DNA of 64,000 bases. It comes from Selaginella moellendorffii. Lineage: Eukaryota > Plantae > Lycopodiophyta. Each line of letters starts with the position of its first letter. Position 1 is the stretch's first letter. A program made the position numbers and the translations under genes. Of the stretch, positions 12,483 through 24,556 are shown piece by piece. Below the pieces are notes generated by a model. It was not told the origin of the DNA and did no database searches. It was given only the letters and a program-made list of their open reading frames with translations. The stretch lies in the NCBI RefSeq assembly GCF_000143415.4, contig NW_003314373.1, forward strand, positions 248,001 through 312,000, written 5' to 3'.

Positions 12483-14153
12483 TTAGAGCATGTCCACTGC
12501 GAGCAAATAGGCTGCCGCGTGATGGGCGTTAATTTCCAGCGCTTTCTCTGCCGCTCTAGATCCGGTCTCTATCTCCTTGTGGCTCTTGCACGCGCCAAGC
12601 AGGCAGCGCCAATCCATCATGCGCGGCGCAAAGGGCATGTCCGCGACGACGCTGCGCGCGTCCCTCACTCGGCCAGATCGGCTGAGCAGATCCACCACGC
12701 ACGAGTAGTGCTGCATCGTTTGCTGGATTCCAAAATCAAAGCCCATCGACACGAAGATCGATCTGGCGAGTTCCATGTCACCGCAGCGGCTGCAAGCTAC
12801 CAGGGCCGACACGAAGCACACGGAGTCGGGAAGATCGATCGTCTTGAGCTCGTGGAAAAATTCCAGCGCCTTGCGAGAAAGTTGACCGCTTTGAGCAAAT
12901 GCTGCGAGAAAAGCATTCCAGGTAAACAAGTTTCTCTCTGGCATCATTTCAAAGAGGCCCCTTGCTTGATTCAGACGGGAATTCTTTGCATACCCGGACA
13001 AGAGGCTGTTCCAAGAAATCAAGGTTCGAAAAGGCATTCTATGGAAGATTTGTTCCGCTAAGGCCATTTGACCATTCTCGGCATACATTCCCAACACAGA
13101 TGTCCACGAGACATAGTCCCGCTCGGGCATCTGAGCGAAGATTCTTTCTGCAAACTCGATGTCTCCGATTCCCGTGTAAGAGCCCAGTATGGAGTTCCAC
13201 GCAATGAGGTCCCGAACTGGCATTGAATCGAACGTGTGCTTTGCTTCTTCAATATGCCCGTTCTGGGAATATGCTGCAAGAAGAGAGTTCCATGAGATGA
13301 CGTTTTTCTCTGGCATATTTTCGAACACTTTCTTAGCATTTTCAAGTTTACTGGCAGAGGCATAAGCTGCTACCATAGCTGTCCACGAGACAAGATTTTG
13401 CTGCGGCATGTCGATAAAGATCTTCTCCGCTTTCGCAAGATGCCCTGCTCCGGCATATGCTGTTAGCATGGCTGTCCAAGACACTAGATCCAACTCCGGC
13501 ATTTTATCAAAAATATATTCAGCATCTTCTAAACAAGAAAAATGTGAAAAACTTGCTAGCATAGCTGTACAAGACACAAGATCGTGCTCCGGCATAGAAT
13601 GAAACAAATGTTTTGATTCTTCTAAATACCCATTCCTGGTATATGTATTGAGCATGGCAGTCCATGTGATCAAGTTTCTTTCTGGGACTTGATCAAATAA
13701 TTTCTTCGTGGATTCTACGGAACCACGCTGTGCATAGAGATTAAGCATTAGATTCCATGACACCACGTTGTGTTCTGGCATCTCGCAGAAAAAGAGCGTC
13801 GAGCTTTCAAGTTGCCTGCTTTGGGCATATGCAGAAAGCATGGAGTTCCACGAAACCGTGTCCCTGGCGGGGATTTGATCAAATGCAAGCTCGGCGTCGT
13901 GCAGATTCCCGTTCCGGGCATATACCGAGAGAAGAATCGCCCACGAAAAAGAGTCCTTGTTCTGGATTCCATCGAAAGTCTGCCGTGCCAGCTCTGGGCT
14001 TCCACACCGCCCGTACACGTCCACCACCTTGTTCCACACAAACACATCGTCTGGATCCACCAGAGCCGTGATCCTCGAATGCACATCACGCAGTGCTGGA
14101 ACCGTCTTGCAAGATCTAATCAGCTGCAAACACTCCGCCCTTCTCGTGTCCAT
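12483..14153 (-). CDS. PLS/SS-type PPR protein, E subclass
   Basis: Tandem 31-aa repeats, HYSCVVDLLSRSG and WRCLLGACK; intronless 556 aa. Confidence 0.92.
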   Translation of the reverse strand: MDTRRAECLQLIRSCKTVPALRDVHSRITALVDPDDVFVWNKVVDVYGRCGSPELARQTFDGIQNKDSFSWAILLSVYARNGNLHDAELAFDQIPARDTVSWNSMLSAYAQSRQLESSTLFFCEMPEHNVVSWNLMLNLYAQRGSVESTKKLFDQVPERNLITWTAMLNTYTRNGYLEESKHLFHSMPEHDLVSCTAMLASFSHFSCLEDAEYIFDKMPELDLVSWTAMLTAYAGAGHLAKAEKIFIDMPQQNLVSWTAMVAAYASASKLENAKKVFENMPEKNVISWNSLLAAYSQNGHIEEAKHTFDSMPVRDLIAWNSILGSYTGIGDIEFAERIFAQMPERDYVSWTSVLGMYAENGQMALAEQIFHRMPFRTLISWNSLLSGYAKNSRLNQARGLFEMMPERNLFTWNAFLAAFAQSGQLSRKALEFFHELKTIDLPDSVCFVSALVACSRCGDMELARSIFVSMGFDFGIQQTMQHYSCVVDLLSRSGRVRDARSVVADMPFAPRMMDWRCLLGACKSHKEIETGSRAAEKALEINAHHAAAYLLAVDML

Positions 14154-17082
14154 CCATCCATAATTTTAAAAGAAAAGGTAGTACTAAGTACTATGCTAAC
14201 TTATTGATATAGAGAAGGTGGTAGGGCAAACATATAGGAGCTATGCTACTACACTACTACTACTACTACTAACGTTGTTAGTGGCAGCCCACTCATACTC
14301 ACTGTCACTGGAAGGAATGGAACTGACTGTGGGTACTGAGGGTGTGGACCTCTTGGGTCAGACAAGGTCTCATAATTTAGGGCTGTCTCCCCTTAGACGT
14401 CATGATGATGGTGATCGTGGACTATTCTCTGACTGACCCCACGGTCCATCCAGGAAGTAAATCAGCTTAAATGCCAGGGGAAAGTAATAGTTTGACTGGT
14501 CAAACAACCCCATCAAGACAAGTAAGTACCTGGGAGGAATCTATTTGACTGGATATCTAGTGGGGAATCTTAGCTTTGAGATGACCGAGAATGGAAGTAG
14601 AACAAGTGAAGTGTTGCGTTCTAAAGATCTAAAACAGCACACAAGCGGGCATTTGCATATAAGCGGGCATTTGCTGTCCAGAAGGATACCGTCTGTTTGT
14701 TCTTGCGCTTTAGCTCCAGCTTTGTTTTCTTGCTTGCTTGCTTGCTAGCTTTGCCTTGTTGTTTCGTCCCATTCGCGAGTTTTTATGGATTTTTGTGTGC
14801 TTGGGAGAATGTAGACAAGGACAGGGGTGGGCAGGTTGCGCCTTTTGTCTTTCTCGATCACGTATTAACTTCAACTGAGAAGGATCACTTGAGATTGTGA
14901 TCAAACCCCGGAGTGCGTGCAAACAATGGGCTCGAGCCAAGATTTAAGATCATATTGTTTGGAAGAGGCTTATTTTGTCGAGCTCTTGTCTCTCCTCTTT
15001 TTTTTTCGTGTTTGTATCTTCTTTTGTAAGTTGGCTACGGAGAGAAATTCCCTAGGCATAAACAGACAAGGCCTAAAGCTGAAGAACAGTGTCCCTTTCG
15101 TTTTGCACCACTCGACTGGCTGGCTCGCAACAAAAATGCCCCAAATTCCTACAGTGCGATCGCAATCTAAAGGGGTGGCGGGATTAGAGAAAAAAAATAC
15201 CACGAAAGAGAGCTTTGATCTGGACATGTTTGGATTTCATATGGTTTAGCCAACGCTACATACAAAACCAGACAAGCAACAAGGAGACAAACGAGAGAAT
15301 CTCGCTTCGAAGCGGGGTATATAGATAGCTCTCTGTGCATGGCAATGTTTCCAAGATTTTGCCAGTGGCTGACTATAACAGGGCCCTTAGCCTTCGTTGA
15401 CTAGAGAGGTTTTTTTTCTCCTTTGTTTTCTTTTGGACCTTGATCGATTCAGCCAAAGAACCATTTTAAAATACTTGTTCACTCCGATTGATTCCTCCCA
15501 AGTCTCTTGAGTTGAAGCTCTTGTTGTGTTGTCACCACTACTTGTCCGAGTTATCTAAACCCGAACTCTCTCTTTTTTGGTACAAGTGCTTCTCTGCCAC
15601 CGCACCGCCACACAGCGCCACCACCACCACCATCTTAAAGCGATTCTCGAGGCAAGATCTAGCCCATGCATTAGTATACTTGTGAATTAGAAGATTAAAT
15701 ATGTTATACAAGTCTCAACTAGTATCATACCTTGCTTGTACGGGTGGCGCATTGAAAAGTGTTATATTCCCTTTCTGTAGCAAGGGAATCAATGTAAAAC
15801 AAGGAAAAGTTTATTCCTCTCAAAGGCGAGGGAGGAGATTTGGCATCGGGATCATCCAGCGTCGCCAGAGTGCATATAAAAGAACTTACTTGGGTGGCAC
15901 CAGGAGAATAAAATGAAGATTGGGCTGATCATCGTTCGTTGAACGAGTGCCAAATCTCCCCCCGTGATCATGGCTGCTCAAAGTCTCGATCAAACGTACG
16001 GCACTAGAGGGATTTCCTAACAAAAAAATTGGGGATCCCATGATCATCACCCCATCTGACTTTCAACGTTGGGCGATTTGATCTTTTTCCTTATTTTATG
16101 AAAGCATTGTGGGCATTTTATAATCATCCGCGGTTGCGTGTGTATGAGTGCGAGCAATTCTTTTTTTGCTTCTGTATGTGCGTTTGTTGAATGATGCAAC
16201 GTTGACATTGCACGGCCATCATTACATTGCTGATTACACCCTGGATTATTATATTGATATTAATTACTATTATTATGGCTCAAAAAAACTTCAACATTTT
16301 TTCACGTCGATCAGAAAATTCGGAACGAGACAATTGATGCGAGATTGGAGAAGAGACAAACGAGACCATGACACCACCAAGAGAGAAGAAAAAAAAAACA
16401 CACAAAGGACAAAGCCAAGGACAAATTTTTCTCGCTCGCTTGAATTCTTCTGGAATCCAATGTAATAAGACGGGCCTGTCGTGTGCTTCGGCTATGAGAA
16501 TACCAACAAAAAACAATGCGTTGTGTGTGTGCGTGTTTGTGTGTCGCTTCCTCCATTTTGTTTTGCCAACTTTGTAGATCAAAATGGAGGATTTGTTTCG
16601 GCCACCATCTACATTCTATTCGATTCTCCTGATCGAAATTCTCCCCTCTCTTTTTCTAAGCCAAAAAACTGATTTTCTACCAGGCCAGGGAGAAGAACTC
16701 CGTTTGCTTTGTTTGCAAGCCAAAGCGAGGGTGGCCAAAACGGATGCGACAAAGACAAGGGTAGGATTCGTACCGATTTTTGGGCCAAGACGTGGTCACA
16801 AATTTATGTGCCGATTTTCGTACAGGTGGGCAGTGGACAAGTAGAAGAAGACCCCTTCACTGCTGTTTCGCTGGATCTTAACCAGGGCGGAGCCAAATGG
16901 AGCGTCCAAGCTATGGATTCTTCTCCCGTGGCTCTTCATAATCATCACTGTGTCTTCTTCTTCTTTCTCGCTTGCTTGTCTTGTTCTTGTTATGAAAGCT
17001 TGCTTGTTATGAGAGCTTGATCTCCTCGATCGTCCGAGGTATATCACCTGAGAGAACGACCGTCTCGATAGCCGCGGAGTCG

Positions 17083-19204
17083 ATGCTCCATTGCCAAAAT
17101 CTTCTAGTCCCCGATCACCAAGCTCCAGCTATGGCGTCCCCGGCTGCTCAAGATCCCTCCTGGTGGCAAACTCCCGGCCTGGAGGCTGCGAATTTGCCAT
17201 GCCGGGGCTACAACTTTCGAGGTGGTGCTGGCTTCCACTCCTCGACGAGGGATCACGATTACCAGCAGCAGCAGCAGCAGCAGTACCATGGCTTGCAGCA
17301 GCTCAACAAGCATCACCACGGGCAGGACGTGGAGTGCCTCTCCAATTTGACAACCTCGGCTTCCACTGCTGGTGATTCGTCGCCCGGTGATGTTTATCAG
17401 TCGAATCATCGTCACCATCAACAGCATCTCATGGTGGCTTCGCTCCAAGCTGCTGCCACTGCTTCCTCGGCCGCTGCCGCTGCTTACAAGAGAAAACGAA
17501 GCCTCCCTGGAACACCTGGTAAGTTTTCTCCACGGAAAGTTTCCTCCTTTTCTTCCACCACTTTCTTTCTTCCCGTAAAGTTTTCTTCCATGCTAAGTTC
17601 TTTAGAAAGCTTTATACTGCAGCAGCGATTCATCACCAAGTTGGTGTGCTAACTTCCAGTGTGGTGTGGCTTATTTCCAGATCCGGAGGCCGAGGTAATC
17701 GCCTTGTCTCCCAAGACCTTGATGGCCACCAACAGATTTATCTGCGAGATTTGCAACAAAGGCTTCCAGCGAGACCAGAACCTCCAGCTCCACCGTCGGG
17801 GCCACAATTTGCCGTGGAAGCTCCGGCAGCGAAGCAGCAAAGATGTTCGCAAGCGCGTCTATGTGTGCCCAGAGCCCAGCTGCGTCCACCACGACCCGTC
17901 TCGAGCGCTGGGCGACCTGACGGGCATCAAGAAGCACTTTTGCCGCAAGCACGGCGAGAAGAAGTGGAAGTGTGACAAGTGCTCCAAGAAGTATGCCGTC
18001 CAGTCCGACTGGAAGGCTCACTGCAAGACGTGTGGGACGAGAGAATATCGTTGCGACTGTGGCACTTTGTTCTCGAGGTATGGATGCAGTTTTCTATAAT
18101 CCCATTTTCTTCCATGATCTTGACATCATGAATCGCTCGAACTGTTCATACAGGAGGGATAGCTTTATCACACACCGAGCTTTCTGTGACGCTCTGGCCG
18201 AGGAGAGTGCTCGAATCTCGGCGGCCCAGAAGCAGCAAGCAGAAGCCCAGCAAGCCCAGCCAGATGCCGCGTCCAGTGGCGTAAGCTGCCTCTCCTCCCA
18301 GCAAAGCCTGCTCAATCACAACACCGCCGGCGGCAACGAGAGCTTGTGCGACTCGGTCGTCTCCAAGAGCATCGGATCGGACTCGTCACCACCTCAAACT
18401 ACAGAGAGTCACCACTGGCCGGCGACTGCGTCAACCGGCCTGTCACTTTGGACGTCAGCGCCTGGAAGCAAGCAAGATCAGCAACAGCTCGAGTGTCACG
18501 ATCACGAAGAACAACAATTACTGCTCTTGAAGAGCTTGGTGGCTGAGCAGCATTCAGGCAACGTTCACGGTGGTGGTGGTGGTGGCTACTTAACTTCCAT
18601 CCTCTCGGCCAGCAACAACAGCAACAGCAACAGTAGCAGCGGTGGTACGATGACAACATCAGCAACGGAGCTCGCGAGCAGCCAAAGAGGATTAAACAGC
18701 AGCAACAGCAACAGTAGCTTGATTTCGCTGTCATCGGCAGCAAACACGCAGCTCTTGTGCTCGCATTCACACTTCCCGGGCAGTACCACGGCTGCTATGT
18801 CAGCCACGGCATTGCTTTTGAAGGCTTCGCAGATGGGAGCGACGACGAGTAACTTGTCTGCGGCCAGGCCAGCAGGATTGGATTCCTCTTCGTCGTCTCC
18901 CTCCACATCGTCCACGACTGCGGCTTATAGCTTGTGGCAAGCGGCAATGAACGAAAGCACCATCGCCAACAGCGTGGAGCATTCCAAAAGTTTCAACAGT
19001 GGTGACCAGTTCCATGGATTAACGGACCAAATGGTCATGTTTAGCGATCACCATCATCAGCCGCACCAGCAGCAGCAACACGGGAGTTTCAACCCGAACT
19101 CCAGCAGCGTCGACACCACTTTCACGCACGATTTCCTGGGAGTTGGAGCAGCCCATAAAGAATTCGCTGCTACTCTCACGACTCTGGCATCTGGGGTTGT
19201 CTAG
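17083..19204 (+). CDS. IDD: INDETERMINATE DOMAIN C2H2 zinc-finger transcription factor (exons 17083-17518, 17681-18077, 18154-19204)
   Basis: KRKRSLPGTP/DPEAEVIALSPKTLMATNRFICEICNKGFQRDQNLQLHRRGH, four fingers, MSATALLLKASQMG and THDFLG motifs; GT-AG introns. The start could instead be 17131. Confidence 0.95.
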
Positions 19205-20139
19205 ATAGATCACCGGGTTTACTTTTTGTGTGTGTTTGATTCGAAAATGTCATTGTGATTAGCCAAGTGTAGCGTTGCCAGCAAATGCCATTTCAAGGCA
19301 TTTTGAGTTGACCATTTCACCAACGTTCTTTTAAGCGTGTTTTCTTTCTCGGGCAGTGCCAATTGTCTCGTTGGAGCCCATGTTCGATTGGAGGTAATCT
19401 ATCAATCTCGTGACTACTCTGCTGCAGCGCGCCGTGTGTGTACACCCGCCTTTTGCTTTTCTACAAAATGATTCCTGTGCTTTATCTGCACTGATTGCAG
19501 CTTGATATGCAGAGGCTTACGGATGCCAATTCGAAAGAAAAGAAAGAAAACACCACCACCACCGCGTCAATCAATCAAGAGGAAAAAAAATATCCACGAG
19601 AAGATGGCAATGACCAAAAGAAACAATGGAGAAAAGAGGCAGCACTGCCGCCAAGGCCTGTGCAGTGTTGTGTTGCTCTGCTCAATGCCTCGAACACCGT
19701 TGCAAGATCACAATTTTTTTCTAGCAGTTTGGAGAATCCTTTGTACCTCCCGTTGGTGAGAAGCTCAATAAAAAGGCATAAACAAGGCCGGATGAGAGAT
19801 CATCGCTGGCAAAGGAGGAATCAATTGGAACGAGAAAAGCCCTTTCTTTTCTTAATGGAAAAAAAGTTTTTCCGAGCCGAGCTTTGTGCAGCAGGAATAA
19901 GGGACATGGATGACACGCAAAGACAGGCATAAACCGACGGACGCAGATTGATTCCTGGCGATTTGGTACCGTCGGATGGGAGGACCGCCAGAGCCATGCA
20001 TGGCTGCGCCATCTTTGTATCGTGGTCAATAATAGTCATCATGGAGCCATGACGAAGAGAGAAAGCACATTCATGCACGCATGCATGCATGCATGTGGAT
20101 CTTGTACGGTAGAAGACCAAGTACAATCATTCAAGTAAT

Positions 20140-20390
20140 ACCCACATTGGGCATTTGCTGTATTAGTGGCATATTTCAGGAAATGTAATGAATCAAAGTC
20201 TTAAGTGCATTGGGAAATTGCAAGACGTATTATAATTTACCTGAATGTGGCATTTTCTAGCATTGCATTAGGGGAATAAAAAATGTATATTGAGAGATAG
20301 TATTTGCCTGAATGTGGCATTTGCTGACATTGCATTGGGGGCAATTGCAATACATAGGAATGTGGCATTTTTTTGGGCAATTACAAGACC
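20140..20390 (+). repeat. Degenerate repeat cluster (gaatgtggcatt / cattgcattggg units)
   Basis: gaatgtggcattt occurs three times with related cattggg..aattgcaa units. Confidence 0.5.
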
Positions 20391-20785
20391 ATAAACATGG
20401 CTGGCAAGAACCAAATGATCCTATTGAGGAGCCAATAGATCTGACAAAGATTACTGTTTAATTGCGACCACATCTCCAAATCTTCCCTTGTAATTGTCGA
20501 AACTTCCCGCCGTGTTGACCCGTGCTTGAATGGGGCACCAAATCCCACTCGGTGTTCGGTCAAGCTCGAGACGTTACGTGTCAGCCCCGGCACATGTACG
20601 ACCCAATGGAGCCCCGCCAGCGTGGCATCGCCATAGTTGACTGGATCGCTTAGCACTGTCTCGCTAATAGGAAGGACTGGCTATGGCGGCCATCGCCTAG
20701 AACGAACGCTCCGTGGAAGAAGATTCGCTGCTAGCCTCGAGCCGCATGACATAGGTGGGTGACTTCTAAATCTTTTCCCATTCCA

Positions 20786-22897
20786 ATGGCGATCGCGGGG
20801 GCTAGATTTCTGATGCCGCTGCGGCGATCGCCATCGCCACTGCTCGGGATGATCTCCACCGCTTTGCTGCTTCTCCTGCTGCTATGGAGCGATCCATCCG
20901 CGAATGCCCAGCAAGCCTACGTCGAATCCGACCAAGAGGGCTATAGCTGCGTCAGTAACTCCACTTCCTGCCAGGCCTACGCAGCGTACCGAGCTCTCCA
21001 GGGCGACACTCTCCAGTCGGTCGGCCTCCGCTTTCGATTGAGCGTGGAGCAGCTCGCCGAGGCCTCGCAAATCGCCCAGTCCGCGACGCTCGTCCCCGAC
21101 CAGGTCCTCCTCATCCCCTTGAACTGCTCCTGCGCCTCCGGACGCTCCCAGTTCAACGCCACCTACATCATCCAGTCAGGAGATACGCTCTATCTCGTCT
21201 CCAACGGGACCTTCCAAGGATTGACGACGTACCAGGCGGTGGAGCGCGCAAACCCACTGGCGGTTCCCACGAACTTGCAGCCTGGCGATTCGATAGTCTT
21301 CCCCATCCGCTGCGCATGCCCGAGCTCCGCACAAGTCGCCGCGGGGGTGACGTCGCTGGTGACTTACAGCATCTGGCCGGGGGAGATCTTGGACGGGATC
21401 GCCAGGGCCTGGAACGTTTCACGGACTCGGCTAGCTTCCGATAATACGGTGTCCGGGAGTGCTGTCCAGGACTCCAACTTGCAAGCCTTCACGACACTGC
21501 TGCTTCCGGCGAGCCAAGACCCGCCACCGCTGCCTCGCCAGACGCTTTCGCCGGCGGCTCCGCCTCCCGCGAATAATCCCCCAAATAATTCTCCTTCTCC
21601 GGACTCTTCGTCGTCTTCCGGCAGCAACACTGGGATGTACGTTGGCATTGCAGTGGCCTGCGTAGCGGCGGTTCTTCTCGTCGTCGTGGCGCTCGTCATC
21701 TTCTACAGGCGGAGGTCGAGAAAGGTGACGAAGGCGTCCTTGCAGAAGTCCAGCTATGGCCACGGCGGCAGCAAGGATGACCGCAACTTTGGCGCGTTTG
21801 GGAGCTCCGTGAGCAGCAGCTACGCCGAGCCGTCGAAAGAGCAGCCGTCTCCGCACGCACCTCTCCTTGCGGGGATGCATGGCCTCGTCGACTCGGAGAG
21901 GCCAGTCGTGTTCTCGTATGAGGAGCTCTGCGACGCCACAAACAACTTCAGTGCTTCTCATCTCATCCAAGGTTCTGTTTACCGGGGAATACTCCGGAAG
22001 CAGCTGGTTGCCATCAAGGAGATGAAGGGAGGAACCACGTCCCAGGAGCTGAAAATCCTGTGCAAAGTCCACCACAGCAACCTGGTGAAGCTGATTGGAA
22101 TTTGCAGCGGTGACGACAAGCTGTTCCTGGTTTACGAGTACGCCGACAATGGTTCCTTGAGCAGCTGCCTCCATAACAGGACCCCTGCCGCTACTGCGAT
22201 GTCCAAGATAGAGAACGCTCCTATGGGCTCGGCGTCGGTGTCTTCGGCTTTCCTGAGCTGGAACACGAGACTCCAGGTAGCTATGGACGTTGCGACGGGC
22301 CTCGAGTACATTCACGACTACACCAAGCCCAGCTTCGTGCACAAGGACGTGAAGAGCAGCAACATATTGCTGGACGCCAATCTGCGTGCCAAAGTTGCCA
22401 ACTTCGGGATGGCCAGACTGGTGAACGATGCGGCTCTCACCAAGCACATTGCCGGAACGCAGGGATATATGTCTCCGGAGTACCTGACGCATGGTTTTGT
22501 CACCACCAAAGTGGACGTATATGCCTTCGGCGTTGTACTGCTGGAGCTCTTCACGGGACGGGAGGCCATTCTCAGCACGGGCACCGGCTCGGAAAAGCAG
22601 TACTTGGCCGACGCGTTTGTGAAGCTGACCGACGGGTTTGCTGGTGACGACAATGATGAGAAGATTGAGAAGCTCAAGCACTGGGCTGATCCCATCTTGG
22701 ACAATGCGGTCCCTTGGGACATAGCTCTCAACTTTGTGGAGGTGGCGAGATCCTGTGTGGACGCTGATCCGGATGCGCGGCCCAATATGAAAGACGTAAC
22801 TTTTAAGCTCTCCAAGCTGCTGGAGAGCTCCCTGGAGTGGGAAACAGCTGCAGTTTTGAGTAGGAGGTATAATACTGCTCCACTGGAGGGGAGATAA
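20786..22897 (+). CDS. Intronless LysM receptor-like kinase, LYR (NFP/LYK4/LYK5-like) class
   Basis: Signal peptide, three LysM domains separated by CxC (CSC, CAC) and a TM helix. Kinase has a degenerate Gly-loop (IQGSVYRG), HKD and NFG in place of DFG. Confidence 0.93.
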   Translation: MAIAGARFLMPLRRSPSPLLGMISTALLLLLLLWSDPSANAQQAYVESDQEGYSCVSNSTSCQAYAAYRALQGDTLQSVGLRFRLSVEQLAEASQIAQSATLVPDQVLLIPLNCSCASGRSQFNATYIIQSGDTLYLVSNGTFQGLTTYQAVERANPLAVPTNLQPGDSIVFPIRCACPSSAQVAAGVTSLVTYSIWPGEILDGIARAWNVSRTRLASDNTVSGSAVQDSNLQAFTTLLLPASQDPPPLPRQTLSPAAPPPANNPPNNSPSPDSSSSSGSNTGMYVGIAVACVAAVLLVVVALVIFYRRRSRKVTKASLQKSSYGHGGSKDDRNFGAFGSSVSSSYAEPSKEQPSPHAPLLAGMHGLVDSERPVVFSYEELCDATNNFSASHLIQGSVYRGILRKQLVAIKEMKGGTTSQELKILCKVHHSNLVKLIGICSGDDKLFLVYEYADNGSLSSCLHNRTPAATAMSKIENAPMGSASVSSAFLSWNTRLQVAMDVATGLEYIHDYTKPSFVHKDVKSSNILLDANLRAKVANFGMARLVNDAALTKHIAGTQGYMSPEYLTHGFVTTKVDVYAFGVVLLELFTGREAILSTGTGSEKQYLADAFVKLTDGFAGDDNDEKIEKLKHWADPILDNAVPWDIALNFVEVARSCVDADPDARPNMKDVTFKLSKLLESSLEWETAAVLSRRYNTAPLEGR

Positions 22898-22984
22898 CTG
22901 TTCTCTGTCTTGCCTGTGTGTATGTTCTACAAAGAACGCATATGAAAAGCGAAAAAGTAAAATAGACCGAGATTTACTTGGAAG

Positions 22985-24556
22985 TCAAAAGGGCCTGGGC
23001 GGTTTCTCTAGCACGGCCGAGAAAAAGAGCTCTTTTCCATCTTTGTCCAGCTTCGGAGTAACCACCCAGAGATGCTTCTTGTAGTGCAGCTGGAGGAAGA
23101 AGTAAAGATAGTCATCAATGTCTTGCTTCGGGCAGAAGAAACGGTCGATCCAAAGCAAACCTCCCGGACGAAGAACACGGTCCCAGTCGAAGAGAATATA
23201 GTCCAGTAGGATGTGATCGATCCAGCCATCCAGAAAAAGCGTCGTATGTAATATATCCAGTGTATTGTCGAAGAAAGGAAGGCGCTGGTTGACGGAGAGA
23301 TAAAGCGGGACGAGTCCACGCAAGGCGATCATCTCGTTGAAGGGTGCACCGAGGTTTAGAGTGGCCGAGATGATTGTCACGTTGTGCTCCTTCATCCTGG
23401 CAGCAAACGTCCCTGTCCCAACGCTAAAGTCGACTCCAATCCGGATTTCCCCCGCGGGCTTGAGCGCCAGAACATCGGAGATCCGGAAGTCCGCAGCCGT
23501 GCTTGTGCTTAGATTCACCGTCACCCATCTCGACTTCTCATATCCAAGGAGGTCGAAGCACTCGGAGCACTTGTAGAAGCCTTTGCTGGATGAGGAGTTT
23601 GAAGTGCCGTTCTTTGGTTTGTTCCCAGCCAAACACTCAAAGTTCTTGCACTTGTAGTTGTTCCATCGGACGTTTCGGCTGTCCGGAATCCGCCACAGCG
23701 ACTCATTTGCAGCTAGTGGCTTCTGGTATAGCTGCGGTGCTCGGGCAAGGCATCTCCTTCGAGGAAGAGGATCGCATCCATGCACCAAGAGCTTCTGTCC
23801 CAGCGTCCAATCATCCGGACAGTAATCTCCGACGTCGTAGTCCATGTACTGCTCCAGCTCTGCCTTCATCGACGTAGCACAAGCCAGCCCGACGGACGGA
23901 AACGTTGCGTTCCCTCCCATGAAGTTTTTCTTTCCAGGCTCCAGCCTATGCTCCCTGGGAAGAAGGTACTTGTTAATCTCCTCCACGCCGAAGCTAGAAG
24001 ACTCCAAGTTCGAGGTTTTGTTGTCTTGGACTTTGGAAGCTGCCGTACTCTGCTGCACGCATCCAGTGATTTTGAGCTGCATGAGGAGTGACTTGGCCTG
24101 GTCAAGAGCGACAGCAACGTCCAACAGAAGCCTGCTCTGCTCCTGCCACTCCGGCGATTTTTCTCCCTGTCCCGTAGTCATGCTCTCCTGGATCGACTCC
24201 ATAGCCTTGCCTACTTTCCCCTGGAGACTGCTGACACTTGATACTAGTGAATCTAGCTGAGGACTACCCACTACCATCCCTTGCCTGTCAATGTGCTGAG
24301 TGTCCCCTCCCAGAGTTGACCAAGGACGATTGAAGAAGTGAGCATGGTCCTTGCCGAAGAAACCCATAAAGTAGAGCCGCACCAGGCTGGTAGCCATGAC
24401 TGTTACCACCAGCATTGCCAGAAGGACCTGTATGCTCCACACTATCCTCCACAGCTTCAAACCGTGGCAACATGATCTTCGACCGTGTTGCTGCTGCTGG
24501 TGGTGATGCATCCTGAAATACCTCACTGGCTTACCTGCTTGATCTGACCGCCCCAT
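22985..24556 (-). CDS. Type II membrane SAM-dependent methyltransferase (plant Methyltransf_29-like)
   Basis: N-terminal TM, CPDDW..QKL..GCDPLPRRRC, IGVDFSVGTGTFAARM and DRVLRPGG. Confidence 0.9.
   Translation of the reverse strand: MGRSDQAGKPVRYFRMHHHQQQQHGRRSCCHGLKLWRIVWSIQVLLAMLVVTVMATSLVRLYFMGFFGKDHAHFFNRPWSTLGGDTQHIDRQGMVVGSPQLDSLVSSVSSLQGKVGKAMESIQESMTTGQGEKSPEWQEQSRLLLDVAVALDQAKSLLMQLKITGCVQQSTAASKVQDNKTSNLESSSFGVEEINKYLLPREHRLEPGKKNFMGGNATFPSVGLACATSMKAELEQYMDYDVGDYCPDDWTLGQKLLVHGCDPLPRRRCLARAPQLYQKPLAANESLWRIPDSRNVRWNNYKCKNFECLAGNKPKNGTSNSSSSKGFYKCSECFDLLGYEKSRWVTVNLSTSTAADFRISDVLALKPAGEIRIGVDFSVGTGTFAARMKEHNVTIISATLNLGAPFNEMIALRGLVPLYLSVNQRLPFFDNTLDILHTTLFLDGWIDHILLDYILFDWDRVLRPGGLLWIDRFFCPKQDIDDYLYFFLQLHYKKHLWVVTPKLDKDGKELFFSAVLEKPPRPF

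Noticed and set aside
14218-14436. Small ORF with a signal-peptide-like Leu run
   Set aside because: Non-ATG start; the Leu run comes from a (CTA)n microsatellite.
20068-20096. (CATG)n RY-like repeats
   Set aside because: Short simple repeat with no clear target gene.
21431-22681. 416-aa antisense ORF
   Set aside because: Shadow of the GC-rich LysM kinase; no motifs.
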